This document shows, in pieces, positions 32,759 to 43,428 of a DNA stretch of 64,000 nt. Origin of the DNA: Spirochaetota bacterium. Its GTDB lineage: Bacteria > Spirochaetota > UBA12135 > COTS27 > CBDBHE01. A model generated the notes under the pieces. It did not search any database. It saw only the letters and a program-made list of their open reading frames with translations, and had not been told where the DNA came from. Location of the stretch: NCBI GenBank assembly GCA_965205605.1, contig CBDBHE010000005.1, positions 19,805 through 83,804 of the forward strand. The letters are read 5' to 3'. Position 1 is the first letter of the stretch. Each line of letters begins with the position of its first letter. Made by a program: the position numbers and the translations under genes.

Positions 32759-34267
32759 CTAAAAGATAGCTTTAAATATTTTAATAATCCTTTTAAGTTC
32801 TTTTAAAGTAGTCTCATCAAATTTTTTATCTTTTTTGATTTTTTTTAAAAAAGTACTGTGATTAACTTTAATATCTTCTAAAAATCTTTTTTCAAAACCA
32901 AGGACTTTTGAAAGGCTAATGTCATCCACATAGCCATTCGAAGCACACCAAATAATGATTGATTGCTCAAAAATAGAAAGAGTACAATACTGCTTTTGCT
33001 TTAAAAGTTCCATCAAACGAGCACCTCTATTAAGCTGTCTTTTTGTTGAATCATCCAAATCACTTGAAAATTGAGAAAAAGCTTCCAATTCTCTATATTG
33101 TTGCAAGTCTCCTTTAATAGGGCCTGCAGCTTGTTTAATAAGCTTAATTTGAGCATCTCCCCCTACCCTAGATACAGAAAGCCCTACATCAATAGCTGGG
33201 CGTTGACCACTATTAAACAACTTAGTGTCTAAAAAAATTTGTCCATCTGTAATAGAAATAACATTGGTTGGAATATAAGCCGAAACATCTCCTTCTTGAG
33301 TTTCAATAATAGGAAGTGCTGTTAAAGACCCTCCCCCTTTTTCTTTGCTTAACTTTGCTGCTCTTTCAAGAAGTCTAGAATGAATGTAAAAAACATCTCC
33401 TGGATACGCTTCTCTTCCAGGGGGCCTTCGTAAGAGTAAAGAGATTTCACGATAAGCTTGAGCTTGCTTAGTCAAATCATCATAAATGATTAAGGCATGT
33501 TGCCCATTATCTCTAAAATATTCAGCCATAGAAACAGCCGAGTAAGCCACTAAAAACTGCAATGATGCCGATGCCGATGCCGATGCCACCACCACCGTTG
33601 TATAAGCAAGAGCTCCTTGTTCTTTAAGGTGTTCAACAATAGCAGCAATTGTAGATTGTTTTTGCCCAATAGCAACATAAAAACATTTAATATTTTGATC
33701 TTTTTGATTAATGATCGTATCGATAGCAATAGCAGTTTTTCCCGTTTGCCTATCTCCAATAATCAGCTCTCTTTGCCCTCTTCCAATAGGAATCATCGAG
33801 TCGATTGCCTTAATGCCTGTTTGAAGAGGCTCATTAACATTTTGTCTATCAATGACTCCTGGGGCTTTAATTTCAATTTCTCGACTCTCTTTAGTATTAA
33901 GCCTACCTAAACCATCTATAGGCTCACCTAAAGCATTCACAACTCTACCTAAAAGAGCTTCTCCTACAGGAACATTTGCAATTTTTTTTGTTCGCTTAAC
34001 CTGATCCCCTTCTTTGACAAGACGCTCATCACCAATAATTGGAATCCCCACATTGTCTTCTTCTAAATTTAAAGCAATCCCCAAAACACCACTTTCAAAC
34101 TCTACCATTTCACCAGCAGTCACATTGGAAATCCCATGAACACGTGCAATCCCATCAACTACTTGAAGGACAGTGCCTACTTCATACGTAGTGACTTTGC
34201 CATCAAAATTTTCTATTTCTTTTTTCAAAATACTAGAAATTTCTTCCATTCTCATTTTTTCTTCCAT
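32759..34267 (-). CDS. atpA: F1 ATP synthase alpha
   Basis: [37 protein letters not shown]. Confidence 0.98.
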   Translation of the reverse strand: MEEKMRMEEISSILKKEIENFDGKVTTYEVGTVLQVVDGIARVHGISNVTAGEMVEFESGVLGIALNLEEDNVGIPIIGDERLVKEGDQVKRTKKIANVPVGEALLGRVVNALGEPIDGLGRLNTKESREIEIKAPGVIDRQNVNEPLQTGIKAIDSMIPIGRGQRELIIGDRQTGKTAIAIDTIINQKDQNIKCFYVAIGQKQSTIAAIVEHLKEQGALAYTTVVVASASASASLQFLVAYSAVSMAEYFRDNGQHALIIYDDLTKQAQAYREISLLLRRPPGREAYPGDVFYIHSRLLERAAKLSKEKGGGSLTALPIIETQEGDVSAYIPTNVISITDGQIFLDTKLFNSGQRPAIDVGLSVSRVGGDAQIKLIKQAAGPIKGDLQQYRELEAFSQFSSDLDDSTKRQLNRGARLMELLKQKQYCTLSIFEQSIIIWCASNGYVDDISLSKVLGFEKRFLEDIKVNHSTFLKKIKKDKKFDETTLKELKRIIKIFKAIF

Positions 34268-34300
34268 AAAATTAACTCCTTAGAAAACCAAACAATGGTG

Positions 34301-34843
34301 TTAACTAAGCCATTTCTCCTTAAAAGAGTCTAAAGAGGCTTTTAAACTACCATCAAAAAAACTATCGCCTATTTGAAGTGAAATCCCCCCAATAAGAGAT
34401 AGATCCAATTTTTCTTTTAAATAAAAATTCTTTTCATAACGACTATCAAGTTTTTTTTTAAGAGATTTTTTAAAAACTTCTTTCAGTGGTATCGCCGAAT
34501 AAACCGTTGCATAAGCGATATTTTTTTCACTTTCATCTAAGGAAATTAGCGTTTGAGCAATCATTTTTAAATAAGAAACTCTTTTTTTAAAAGCTAAAAA
34601 ATTTAAAAAAAGTAAGGTTGTATCGCTGATATTTTTAGAAAATACTTTAGAAATTCCTTTTAATTTGCTTTTTTCATCTCTGATGACTTCTACTTCTAAA
34701 AGAAAGCGCAAATCATTAGATTGTTTAATCGTCTGCAAAATTAGTTTCATATCTGTAATTGTTCTTTTCAAAATATTTTTTTCCTTAGAAAAATTAAAAA
34801 ATGATCTTGCATATCTACTAGCAATTTTTTTTAAAGACATCAT
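34301..34843 (-). CDS. atpH: ATP synthase delta
   Basis: IASRYA, SLIGGI..QIGD..FDGS; operon position. Confidence 0.9.
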   Translation of the reverse strand: MMSLKKIASRYARSFFNFSKEKNILKRTITDMKLILQTIKQSNDLRFLLEVEVIRDEKSKLKGISKVFSKNISDTTLLFLNFLAFKKRVSYLKMIAQTLISLDESEKNIAYATVYSAIPLKEVFKKSLKKKLDSRYEKNFYLKEKLDLSLIGGISLQIGDSFFDGSLKASLDSFKEKWLS

Positions 34844-34852
34844 AAAAAAACC

Positions 34853-35485
34853 TTAAAAATGGTTTATTTCCTCAAGATACTTTTCAGCTAATTTAGCATC
34901 CGCATTTTGATCTATCTTTTCACCTAAAAGTTTAGAAGCAACTTTCAAACCTAGTTGTACTGATTCAGATTTAATATAATTTTTCACTTCATTTTTTTCT
35001 GCTTTTATAGAAAATTTTGCCTCTTTAATCATTTGGTCTACTTGGATTTTAGCTTTTTCTTTAATCTCATTAGCAATCTTTTCGGCATTTTTTTTACTTT
35101 TATTAATTATTTCTTCTGCTTCTTTTTTTGCTTCTTTTAAAAGAATCTGATTTTTTTCAGTGATTTTCTCAGACTCTTTTTTAAGCCGATCTGCATCTTT
35201 TAAAGATCGATCAATTTTTTCTTCTCTTTCCTTTAAAGATTTTAAGATCGGTTTCCAAGCAAACTTTGTAAGCAAAGCAAGCAACATAAAAAAAACAACC
35301 CACGTCCAAATCACCATTCCAGGTTCGATTGATAAAAGCGGATCTTCTTTTTTTGACAAATGAGCACGATCATGGGTCGTTGATGCCAATCCTTGTTTTT
35401 CAACAGCAGATTTTGAAGTATTTAATACAACTAATTCATCAGCTTTGAAAAATGATTTTTGTATTGTTATAAACTTTTCTTCCAT
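34853..35485 (-). CDS. atpF: ATP synthase Fo subunit b, with N-terminal extension
   Basis: PGMVIWTWVVF..LL..FAWKPIL..L..RE followed by a coiled coil. Confidence 0.92.
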   Translation of the reverse strand: MEEKFITIQKSFFKADELVVLNTSKSAVEKQGLASTTHDRAHLSKKEDPLLSIEPGMVIWTWVVFFMLLALLTKFAWKPILKSLKEREEKIDRSLKDADRLKKESEKITEKNQILLKEAKKEAEEIINKSKKNAEKIANEIKEKAKIQVDQMIKEAKFSIKAEKNEVKNYIKSESVQLGLKVASKLLGEKIDQNADAKLAEKYLEEINHF

Positions 35486-35578
35486 AAAACATTCACATTA
35501 TTTTTTGCTTTCTTATCCTTTAATTTTACTTTTAAGTTATTAACTATATTTCTTAGTTTTAAAAAATAAATAAAATAT

Positions 35579-35800
35579 CTAACCTAGTACAGCCAATAAA
35601 CAAATTACAGCACAGAAAAAAGCAACTCCTTCAATAAGAGCAGCTCCAATAATCATGGCTGTTTGAATCTTCCCACTCGCCTCTGGTTGACGTGAAATTC
35701 CTTGCACAGCACTCTCAGCAATTTTACCAATACCAAGACCTGTCCCTATAACTACAATTCCGGCTCCTAAAGCAGCCATTCCTATTTTTAAATATTCCAT
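35579..35800 (-). CDS. atpE: ATP synthase Fo subunit c
   Basis: GxGxG Gly motif, RQPE loop, AALIEG carboxylate. Confidence 0.97.
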   Translation of the reverse strand: MEYLKIGMAALGAGIVVIGTGLGIGKIAESAVQGISRQPEASGKIQTAMIIGAALIEGVAFFCAVICLLAVLG

Positions 35801-35846
35801 CTTATTTTATTCTCCTAAATATTTTTTTATTCTCTTTTTTTTAAAA

Positions 35847-36683
35847 TCAATGATTCGGATGTAACATCGATCCAAAAAACATCGCCGATAAAAGAGTAAA
35901 AACATACGCTTGTATAAACGCAACCAATAACTCAAGAATATAAATGAAAAGAGCCAAAAAAAGAGCTGGTAACGCAACATACCCTAAAATCATAACCAAA
36001 CCAATTAAAAATGAAATCACCATATGCCCCGCTAACATATTAGCAAAAAGCCGCATCATTAATGCAAAAGGTTTAACTAAAAGACCAATTAATTCTAAAA
36101 AAAATAGCATCGGAACAAATACAGAAGGAACCCCAGAAGGCACCAAACCTTTAATAAAGCCCACAAAACCATTTCGAAAAATGCCCCCGATAATCATCAT
36201 TGAAAAAGTAATCAGTGAAAAACCAACTGATGTGCCCAAGTTGGCCGTTGAAGTGGCAAAAAGTGGAATCAGTCCCATTAAGTTGGCAATTAAAATAAAA
36301 AAGAAAAAATTAAGAAAAAAAGGTGCAAATCGTTCCCCATCTTTTTTTCCTAAATAATGGTAACAAATATCATTTCGAACAAATAAAACAAGTGATTCTA
36401 AAAGATTCGTAACCCCTTTTGGAGCTTGGTCACTTCTTTTTCTATAGACAAAAACAAACATGAAAATACAAAACAATGCTGCCAAAATAAGCATAAAAGC
36501 ATGTAGTCCCTTATCAAAAGTATAATTCCCTATCTTAAATATAGGAAAGGTTACCTCTCCTATATGAAAAGGAAGTGGATGCCATTTATTGCCATCTATA
36601 ATATGCTTAAAAACATACTCTTGAATCTCTTTAGGGGTTGCTTTTGATAAAGGCAAGCTTACAAAATTGATTAAATCATTCAT
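35847..36683 (-). CDS. atpB: ATP synthase Fo subunit a
   Basis: NLMGLIP, KPFALMMRLFANMLAGH, IQAYVFTLL. Confidence 0.96.
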   Translation of the reverse strand: MNDLINFVSLPLSKATPKEIQEYVFKHIIDGNKWHPLPFHIGEVTFPIFKIGNYTFDKGLHAFMLILAALFCIFMFVFVYRKRSDQAPKGVTNLLESLVLFVRNDICYHYLGKKDGERFAPFFLNFFFFILIANLMGLIPLFATSTANLGTSVGFSLITFSMMIIGGIFRNGFVGFIKGLVPSGVPSVFVPMLFFLELIGLLVKPFALMMRLFANMLAGHMVISFLIGLVMILGYVALPALFLALFIYILELLVAFIQAYVFTLLSAMFFGSMLHPNH

Positions 36684-37110
36684 TGAACTCTAAACCTTTT
36701 TTAACTTGTTTTTGATCCAAACGAAGGACTGAAATGATTTCAAAAAACCAAACACTTAAAAAAGCTCCTAGCATGACTAACGTATACTCTTTAAAGAATT
36801 CTTTCTTTAAAAAATAAACCACCATCATGGTTAAAAGCAAAAGAAAAATCCGAAATAACCCACACCCTAAAAACATTCCCATTAAAAAAAACAAACCTTT
36901 TTCTTTAAATAAAGCAGACATGAAAAAAACAAAATAACTACTTAAACTCACTAAAAGCCACAATAAAAAAATTAGGGGAAAATTTAATACTTTAAACTTT
37001 AAAAAAATAATCCAAAGAAAAATAAACAAAACCCCATAACTTACAAACAGTAAAATACTTTTTTTAAGTAAAAAAATAAAAAAATTATTTTGTTTTTCTA
37101 TCTCTTTCAC
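36676..37110 (-). CDS. AtpI-like membrane protein
   Basis: Four hydrophobic segments, directly upstream of atpB. Confidence 0.6.
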   Translation of the reverse strand: MKEIEKQNNFFIFLLKKSILLFVSYGVLFIFLWIIFLKFKVLNFPLIFLLWLLVSLSSYFVFFMSALFKEKGLFFLMGMFLGCGLFRIFLLLLTMMVVYFLKKEFFKEYTLVMLGAFLSVWFFEIISVLRLDQKQVKKGLEFNE

Positions 37111-37375
37111 TATCCAATTTATTAATTAAAAAAACCGTTTTAAAGATCTCGTAAAAACCCCAAAAAATCGCTAATAATACGCCGATAATTAAATACAATC
37201 CTTTTTTTTCAAAGTGTCGATCCAATAGAAAACCTAAAAAAGAAAATAAAATAACACTCCCTATTAAATTAATTGGAAGGCTCATTAGTCTCGATTTTAA
37301 TAAATGATTCTTATTGTCTTTGTCTTTGTCTTTGTCTTTGTTTTGAGAATCTTTATGTTTTTCACTATTTAACAT
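37085..37375 (-). CDS. AtpZ/AtpI-family (ATPase gene 1) protein
   Basis: LGFLLDRHF...IIGVLL motif; first gene of the atp operon. Confidence 0.75.
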   Translation of the reverse strand: MLNSEKHKDSQNKDKDKDKDNKNHLLKSRLMSLPINLIGSVILFSFLGFLLDRHFEKKGLYLIIGVLLAIFWGFYEIFKTVFLINKLDSERDRKTK

Positions 37376-37488
37376 TTACGTCGTAAGACTCCCAATAAAA
37401 GCTTATTAAAACATTAATTAAACAATAAAACAATTCTTTTGGTAAAAAAACCCTACAAAAACAACTTCTTTTTTTTAAAATCAAAAAC

Positions 37489-38598
37489 TTAACGCTTTCT
37501 TTTTCGAAGCTCTTTTAAATAAAGCTTTATATTTTTTTGGTGCTCGCTATAAGTCTTACTAAAAAAGTGAGATTTAGAACCATCTCCTTTCGCCACAAAA
37601 AAAAGATATTCTGTTTTTGCAGGACTAATCGCTCCTTTAAACGAACCTAAACTTGGTGAGCAAATAGGGCCTATCGGTAATCCTTTATAGTAATAAGTAT
37701 TATATCTAGAGTTGAGGTAATAGTGCTTTCGCTTAATATTAATCGCCCCTGCTTTCAAATTAAACTCGTAAAGCCCTTTTTCTTTAAGTGCATAAATAAT
37801 CGTCGGATCATAACGAAGCTTTTCTTTCAATTTTAGCCTATTATAAAGAACTGAAGAAACTAATGGCTTTTCTCTTTCAAGAGAAGTTTCTTTTTCAATC
37901 AAAGAAGCAATCTTAATCTTTTGATAGATTTTACCTGGACTTAAATTTCTTGATTTTGAAAAATCAATGATTCGATTTGAAAAATTGTCTAAAGCAAGTA
38001 TAAAAAAATTGGTAATCGTGTCCGTTTTTCTCAAATAATAAGTATCTGGATATAAAAATCCTTCACAAGAATTGTTGACTAAAATCCCTAATTGCTGATT
38101 AATTTCATGTCGCACCCAAAATGATTTGAAAAAATCAAGCGCTTCTTTATTACTAGTAACAACTTTTTTAGTTTCCATTAAAAGTGCAATATCATAAATA
38201 TCATACCCTTCTCTAATCGTTAAAACAATATAAGCTTCCTTACCACTAACAAGAGTTGTTAAAATTTCCCAAGTACTCATTCGGTTGTTAAAAGTATAAA
38301 ACCCTGCCTTCGCTCTACGGTCATACCCTATTAACAATGATAAAACCCAAATGAAATTTCGACTTCGAATCACCTTATCTGCTTTTAACCCTATAAAAAG
38401 CTTGTCTAAAGAACCCGATTTTCCTGAAAGATGATATTGGTATTCTTTAAAAGGCTCTAAAACATAGCCCATATTTAAAAAAGAAAAAAAAAAAAGAAAA
38501 AAAAGAAACGTAAAGCTAATGACGTAAAAAAAATATTTTTTAAAAAAATTTTTATGATGTAAAGTAGTTTTTAATTTTGATTGAATAGAAGAAAACAC
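37489..38598 (-). CDS. mltG: Endolytic transglycosylase MltG (YceG)
   Basis: TIREG, EGFLYPDTY, ASLIEKE, YNRL, DPT, YNTY..GLPIGPICSP, YLFFV. Confidence 0.93.
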   Translation of the reverse strand: MFSSIQSKLKTTLHHKNFFKKYFFYVISFTFLFFLFFFSFLNMGYVLEPFKEYQYHLSGKSGSLDKLFIGLKADKVIRSRNFIWVLSLLIGYDRRAKAGFYTFNNRMSTWEILTTLVSGKEAYIVLTIREGYDIYDIALLMETKKVVTSNKEALDFFKSFWVRHEINQQLGILVNNSCEGFLYPDTYYLRKTDTITNFFILALDNFSNRIIDFSKSRNLSPGKIYQKIKIASLIEKETSLEREKPLVSSVLYNRLKLKEKLRYDPTIIYALKEKGLYEFNLKAGAINIKRKHYYLNSRYNTYYYKGLPIGPICSPSLGSFKGAISPAKTEYLFFVAKGDGSKSHFFSKTYSEHQKNIKLYLKELRKRKR

Positions 38599-38713
38599 AG
38601 AGAAATAAAATATTTTTTTTGATTTATTTAGATTCTTTTTATTTTAAAATGAGGTTATAAAAGATTCAATCATTGAACCAACTTAAAAAGTTAATATCAA
38701 ACACTTATTTTTT

Positions 38714-39337
38714 TTAAGAGCGAAATCGAGCAAGGCTTTCTAAAGGAAGCCCTAAAATATTAAAATAGCACCCTTTAATCTTTTTAACAAAAGAAAGTCC
38801 TAAAAGCTGTATTTTATAAGCCCCTGCAGCATCTAAAACAAACTCTTTTTTTAAGTAATTTCTTATTTTTTTTTTATCAAAATTATAAAACCAAACCTTC
38901 GTTTTATAAGAGCGCATCTCATACCAATCTTCATAAACACTGAGACAAGTTGTCAAAATAAGATGAGCCTCTCCACTCAATATCAAAAGCATTTTTTTAG
39001 CTTCATTTAAATCTTTTGGTTTACCTAAAAGCATTCCTTTATAAAGCACGACTGTGTCATAGCAAAAAGTTAGTTTATCTTTACAACTTGGGAAAATCGA
39101 TTGATATTTACTAAGGACGATTTCTCTACTTACTTGTAGCAGTTTTTTTGAATAAGTTTTTTTAAAAGAAACAATCTTATTTTTTTTTAAAACCAAGCTT
39201 TCATCACATTTTGGAGCAAGGGTTTTAAAGCGAAGATTCATTTTACAAAGTAAGTCTTTTCTTTGAGGAGAAGAAGAGCCTAAAATAATTTCTTCATTAA
39301 AAGCTTTTTTTAAAGAAGTAAGATTTATTTTTCTCAT
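38714..39337 (-). CDS. maf: Maf-family nucleoside triphosphate pyrophosphatase
   Basis: ILGSSSPQR, DTVV, LGKP, LSG..H, AGAY.IQ, NILGLP. Confidence 0.88.
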   Translation of the reverse strand: MRKINLTSLKKAFNEEIILGSSSPQRKDLLCKMNLRFKTLAPKCDESLVLKKNKIVSFKKTYSKKLLQVSREIVLSKYQSIFPSCKDKLTFCYDTVVLYKGMLLGKPKDLNEAKKMLLILSGEAHLILTTCLSVYEDWYEMRSYKTKVWFYNFDKKKIRNYLKKEFVLDAAGAYKIQLLGLSFVKKIKGCYFNILGLPLESLARFRS

Positions 39338-39374
39338 ATAAGTTTAAAAAATAAAATAAAAACCTTAGAGACCA

Positions 39375-40124
39375 TTAAGATTTTTTAAAAAGATAAATAT
39401 CACCAAAAACGCGATGTTGACGAATCAATAAATAGTCTAACTTATACAACTCTAAAATAGCTAAAAAAGTAACAATAACTTCGTTTTTAATAAAGCGATT
39501 TCCAAACAAGCTATAAAATTCAATTTTTTCTTCTTGCTTAAATTGATTTTTAATAAAATTCAATTTATCTTCAACTTGAAATTCTTCCTCTTCTTCTAAG
39601 CTTTCATCATTTTCCATTTTATCAACTACGTCAACAAATCCAGAAAAAACTTTTAAAAGTTCATAAATTGTCACGCTTTCCCAAATATTTCCTTCATTCA
39701 CATCAAAGGTTGTTTGGCAATCTTTTCTTTCAATGATTCTTTCAGCATGAAATTCACTATTTTCAAGCTCTGCAGCAATTGCTTTGTATTTTTGATATTC
39801 AATGAGTTTGTCAACAAGGTCTTTTCTTGGATCTTCTAAAAGAAGGTCTTCATCTGACTGCATTTCAACCGGCAAAAGCATTTTAGATTTAATCATAATC
39901 AACGTAGCCGCCATTGCTAAAAAATCAGAAGCCAGATCAATATCCATTTTTTGTATCACTTTAATCGCATCTAAGTATTGTTGTGTAATTTCAAAAATAG
40001 GAATATCAAAAATATTAACTTCAGAAGAACGAATAAGATCTAATAATAAATCAAGAGGACCATTCCAAGTAGGCAGTTTGACTTTATATTGAAAAGGTTT
40101 AGAAGAAGTTTTTTGAGGATTCAA
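39375..40124 (-). CDS. scpA: Segregation and condensation protein ScpA
   Basis: GPLDLLLDLI, FL.MAATL..IKSKMLLP, EDPR..LV..L.EY, IVTFLAILEL. Confidence 0.93.
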   Translation of the reverse strand: MNPQKTSSKPFQYKVKLPTWNGPLDLLLDLIRSSEVNIFDIPIFEITQQYLDAIKVIQKMDIDLASDFLAMAATLIMIKSKMLLPVEMQSDEDLLLEDPRKDLVDKLIEYQKYKAIAAELENSEFHAERIIERKDCQTTFDVNEGNIWESVTIYELLKVFSGFVDVVDKMENDESLEEEEEFQVEDKLNFIKNQFKQEEKIEFYSLFGNRFIKNEVIVTFLAILELYKLDYLLIRQHRVFGDIYLFKKS

Positions 40125-40137
40125 TTAATTTTTAAAA

Positions 40138-40887
40138 TCAAAATAGATTTTTTATATTTTCTCTCAAAATAGGGAGATATTCATCCCAAGTTCCTATGTC
40201 TTTAAACCCCCCTCTAGGTTCAAAAAAAGAAATTGCATACTGATTAGAAATGGCATATTTAACAATTTGAGTCGTGGTGTACTCATCATGCTCTGTTTTT
40301 GCAATCTCTTTTGAAAGCATCGCTAAACGATTAGACAAAAGCATCACGCCTCCTTTTGCTAAATTTCCCCATTCACTACTGTCTTTTGGCTTTTCATAAA
40401 TATCAATTGGATAACCCTCATCATTACACTTAATAATGGCAAATTTTTTCACATTATCCACATGAGCAACCATAATTGATAAATCAGATTTTTTTTCTAA
40501 ATAAGTATTTTGAAGTTTAACAAAAACATCTTCTTCTAATAAATAATTATCACAATCCATAAGCATCACATCACTTTCTCCAAAAAGATGTTGTGCTTGA
40601 TAAAAAGCCCCTCCATTTCCATCTAGTACTTCTTGAAAACAATAAGTAATCTTAAGGTCAAATTTAGAACCATCCCCCAAATACTTCATAACCATCTCAG
40701 CAAAATAATGCAATACTATAATGACTTCAGAAACTTTCAAACGCTTTACCTGTCCTAAAATTCTTTCCATAATAGAAACAAAACAACCTTCTTTTCCCAC
40801 TTCAATTGGCATCAAAGGCTTAGGCAATACTTTAGAGTAAGGACTAAGGCGAATCCCTTTACCAGCAGCTAAAATAACAACTTTCAA
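40138..40887 (-). CDS. Sugar-phosphate nucleotidyltransferase (RmlA/NTP_transferase-like)
   Basis: VILAAGKGIRL...PKPL, YLGDGSKF, EKP, DIGT. Confidence 0.85.
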   Translation of the reverse strand: MKVVILAAGKGIRLSPYSKVLPKPLMPIEVGKEGCFVSIMERILGQVKRLKVSEVIIVLHYFAEMVMKYLGDGSKFDLKITYCFQEVLDGNGGAFYQAQHLFGESDVMLMDCDNYLLEEDVFVKLQNTYLEKKSDLSIMVAHVDNVKKFAIIKCNDEGYPIDIYEKPKDSSEWGNLAKGGVMLLSNRLAMLSKEIAKTEHDEYTTTQIVKYAISNQYAISFFEPRGGFKDIGTWDEYLPILRENIKNLF

Positions 40888-42074
40888 TTTTTAGAAGCTT
40901 TAGAAAAAGTCGTTTTTTTACTTTTTAAAAAGATTTTTTGATAAATCTCTTGATGATACTTTCTTAACCATTCATTAAGACGAATAATCCCAATCGTAAG
41001 ACACATCATCGCTTCTGTTTTTTTCTTCAAGTGAAAAGGGATCATGCTTAAAAAAAGAGAAGCTTCGATAAAAGAAGCTCGATACTCAATATTACCAAAA
41101 TAGATCAACTTTTTTTTAACTAATTTTTCAACATATTTAAAATGTTTTTCAAAACAAGAAACAAGATCTAAATTTGTAAATTGATATTTAATCTCTACCT
41201 TTTTATTTTTATTAAAAAGCTTAATTTCATAAAGACCTCTTTCAATCAAAGAATAAAAACTTCTTAAGTCATGATAAAGCTTAGCCACATCATAAGCAAC
41301 ATCAAAATAAATAGATCCATCTGGACTACTGCCTCGACAGTCCAACAAAACAAAATTAAACGGTAAAAACCCACATAAAATATTGTTACAATGAATATCC
41401 CCGTGAGAATAATAAAGTTTTTCAGGCGTTAATAAATTAATAATATCTTTGTCTTTCTGGACTGCTTTTAAAATAATGGGTGCATTTAGATATTCTTTAC
41501 CATTAATTTTAATAATACTTTCATCCATCATAGGTTTTAAAAAATCAGCTGATTTTTTAATTTCTTTATTTCTTACTCTTAGTTTTTTTAAATGCATGTT
41601 TTCAAAATAATCTTTTTTAACACACCTAATCGAATTTTCTTCTGTATACAAATGTTTATTTAGTATCTTAAAAAGATGACTCCATCTTAGTTTATCAAAA
41701 AAACTGATGCTAAGTTGATCAATAATAATTTTCCTTAAACTAGGGAAATCATAATACTTCATTTCAAAGAAAGTATCTTTTTTTTTTATAGAAAAATGAT
41801 AGATTTGGGGCAAATAACGACCCAAAGTTTTTTTTTTAAATTTAAGATTCCATTCAATTTCTTTTTTTAATTTCTGTTCCCCTTTAAAGTCTGCTCTTTT
41901 AATAATTCGCTTACCTACTCTCTTAATCGTAGTAAAAGAAGCCCCTAAATCATTTAAAGTGGTGTCTTTTCGAAATTTGTTTAAAAAGTAGCTTTTTAAA
42001 AAAATACTAGTAATATTTTTATTAAGTTTATTTTTTGTTTTTTTTCCAATGCGATTTAGTAATTTTGATTTCAT
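40884..42074 (-). CDS. APH/choline-kinase-like phosphotransferase
   Basis: Brenner motif HGDIHCNNIL, LLDCRG, YDVAKL, FLSMIPFH; its stop overlaps the nucleotidyltransferase TTG start. Confidence 0.8.
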   Translation of the reverse strand: MKSKLLNRIGKKTKNKLNKNITSIFLKSYFLNKFRKDTTLNDLGASFTTIKRVGKRIIKRADFKGEQKLKKEIEWNLKFKKKTLGRYLPQIYHFSIKKKDTFFEMKYYDFPSLRKIIIDQLSISFFDKLRWSHLFKILNKHLYTEENSIRCVKKDYFENMHLKKLRVRNKEIKKSADFLKPMMDESIIKINGKEYLNAPIILKAVQKDKDIINLLTPEKLYYSHGDIHCNNILCGFLPFNFVLLDCRGSSPDGSIYFDVAYDVAKLYHDLRSFYSLIERGLYEIKLFNKNKKVEIKYQFTNLDLVSCFEKHFKYVEKLVKKKLIYFGNIEYRASFIEASLFLSMIPFHLKKKTEAMMCLTIGIIRLNEWLRKYHQEIYQKIFLKSKKTTFSKASKN

Positions 42075-42257
42075 TAAATAAAATTCGCTTTATAAGCAAT
42101 ACCTTATTATACACGCTAAGAGATTATTAAGTAAAGGCAGATTTTTTTTTAAAAAAAAAGGCAAAAATTCTATCAAAATCAAAAAAAGCAATGGTATAAA
42201 AGAAAATTACTTAAATTAGCTACTAATATGATATTTTTTTAGGAGAAACAAAAAACA

Positions 42258-43388
42258 ATGAAAGGACTCATTTTTTATATTGGCACAGGAGAAGGGTTTA
42301 AAGCTCCTGCTATTTCTATCCAACAATCACTCAAAAAAGAACAACAAGTAATCGTCGATTGTTTTGATTTTTTCCAAGCACTTTCATTAAATTTTACTGA
42401 TAAAATGTTAAAAAGAATGTGGCGATTTTATCTGAGCTTCCCTCTTTTTTTCTTTTTACTGTTTAAAGTAACAGATATTTTTATTATTGACAAATTGACT
42501 AATTGGATACAAAATTTTCTTTTTGAGAAAAAAACATTACATTACTTAAAAAAAAAATCTCCTGATTTTATTATTTCGACTCATTTTATTTCAACAAAAA
42601 TTCTTGCAAAAACAATTCATCAACACAATCTTCCTATCTGTTTCTTTGCTTATAACTCTGATGTGATTCTCTCTCACCGAGCTTATATAACCCCTTGGGT
42701 CAAAAAATACTTTGTTGCAACCGAAAAAGGCTATCAAGCAATGCAAGCACAAGGACTGCCCACATCCAAATTATCTATCTGTGAATTTCCAATTAATGAA
42801 AAATTTTTCAAACAATTTGAATCGGTTAAAAAAGAAAGAAAAAAATTAAATCTTAAAGATAAACCAACCCTGCTGATGGTCTTTGGCGGAGAAGGAATCT
42901 CTCCTATTTATACATTTATCAAAAAACTTATAAGCTCACCCATTTCTTTACAAATCATTGTTATTTGTGGCAAAAACCAACACATTAAAAACAAGCTAAA
43001 AGTATTAAAAACAAACTACCCAAAAGCAGATCTTTATATTAAAGGCTTTGTAACAAATATGCAAGATTATCTTTATTGCTCTGATATTTCTAGTGGAAAA
43101 TCAGGATTAAATGCCATTTTTGAAAGCATCTATATGAAAAAACCTTTTGTTACTTTGTTTTCAATGGCTAATGAAAAATTTGCAAAAGACTATACTTTTG
43201 AACAAGGATTTGGGATTCCTTATACTTCAAAAAACAAACTTATTAAGATTTTAAAAACAATGACCACTAACCAAAACTCCTTAAAACCTTACCAAAAAGC
43301 CTTTAAAAACATCAATGTTAAATTTAAAGGGAACTCTATTTCAAGAGAAATTATTACAGAAACAAAAATCTTTAAAAAAACACTTTGA
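42258..43388 (+). CDS. GT28 glycosyltransferase, MGDG-synthase/UgtP-like
   Basis: GEGF..PA, PDFIISTHF, FPI, GGEG, ICGKN, GFVTNM, KSG, ANE. Confidence 0.82.
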   Translation: MKGLIFYIGTGEGFKAPAISIQQSLKKEQQVIVDCFDFFQALSLNFTDKMLKRMWRFYLSFPLFFFLLFKVTDIFIIDKLTNWIQNFLFEKKTLHYLKKKSPDFIISTHFISTKILAKTIHQHNLPICFFAYNSDVILSHRAYITPWVKKYFVATEKGYQAMQAQGLPTSKLSICEFPINEKFFKQFESVKKERKKLNLKDKPTLLMVFGGEGISPIYTFIKKLISSPISLQIIVICGKNQHIKNKLKVLKTNYPKADLYIKGFVTNMQDYLYCSDISSGKSGLNAIFESIYMKKPFVTLFSMANEKFAKDYTFEQGFGIPYTSKNKLIKILKTMTTNQNSLKPYQKAFKNINVKFKGNSISREIITETKIFKKTL

Positions 43389-43428
43389 AATTAAAATTGG
43401 AGTTTTAAAAAAATTAATTTGTTTTTTT

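Noticed and set aside
33564-33587. (GATGCC)x4 microsatellite in atpA encoding ASASASAS
   Set aside because: Same length as the usual ATASESAA-type segment; in frame, no sign of phase variation.
37314-37340. (TTGTCT)x4.5 repeat giving KDKDKDKD in the AtpZ-like N-terminus
   Set aside because: In-frame low-complexity slippage in an unconserved tail.
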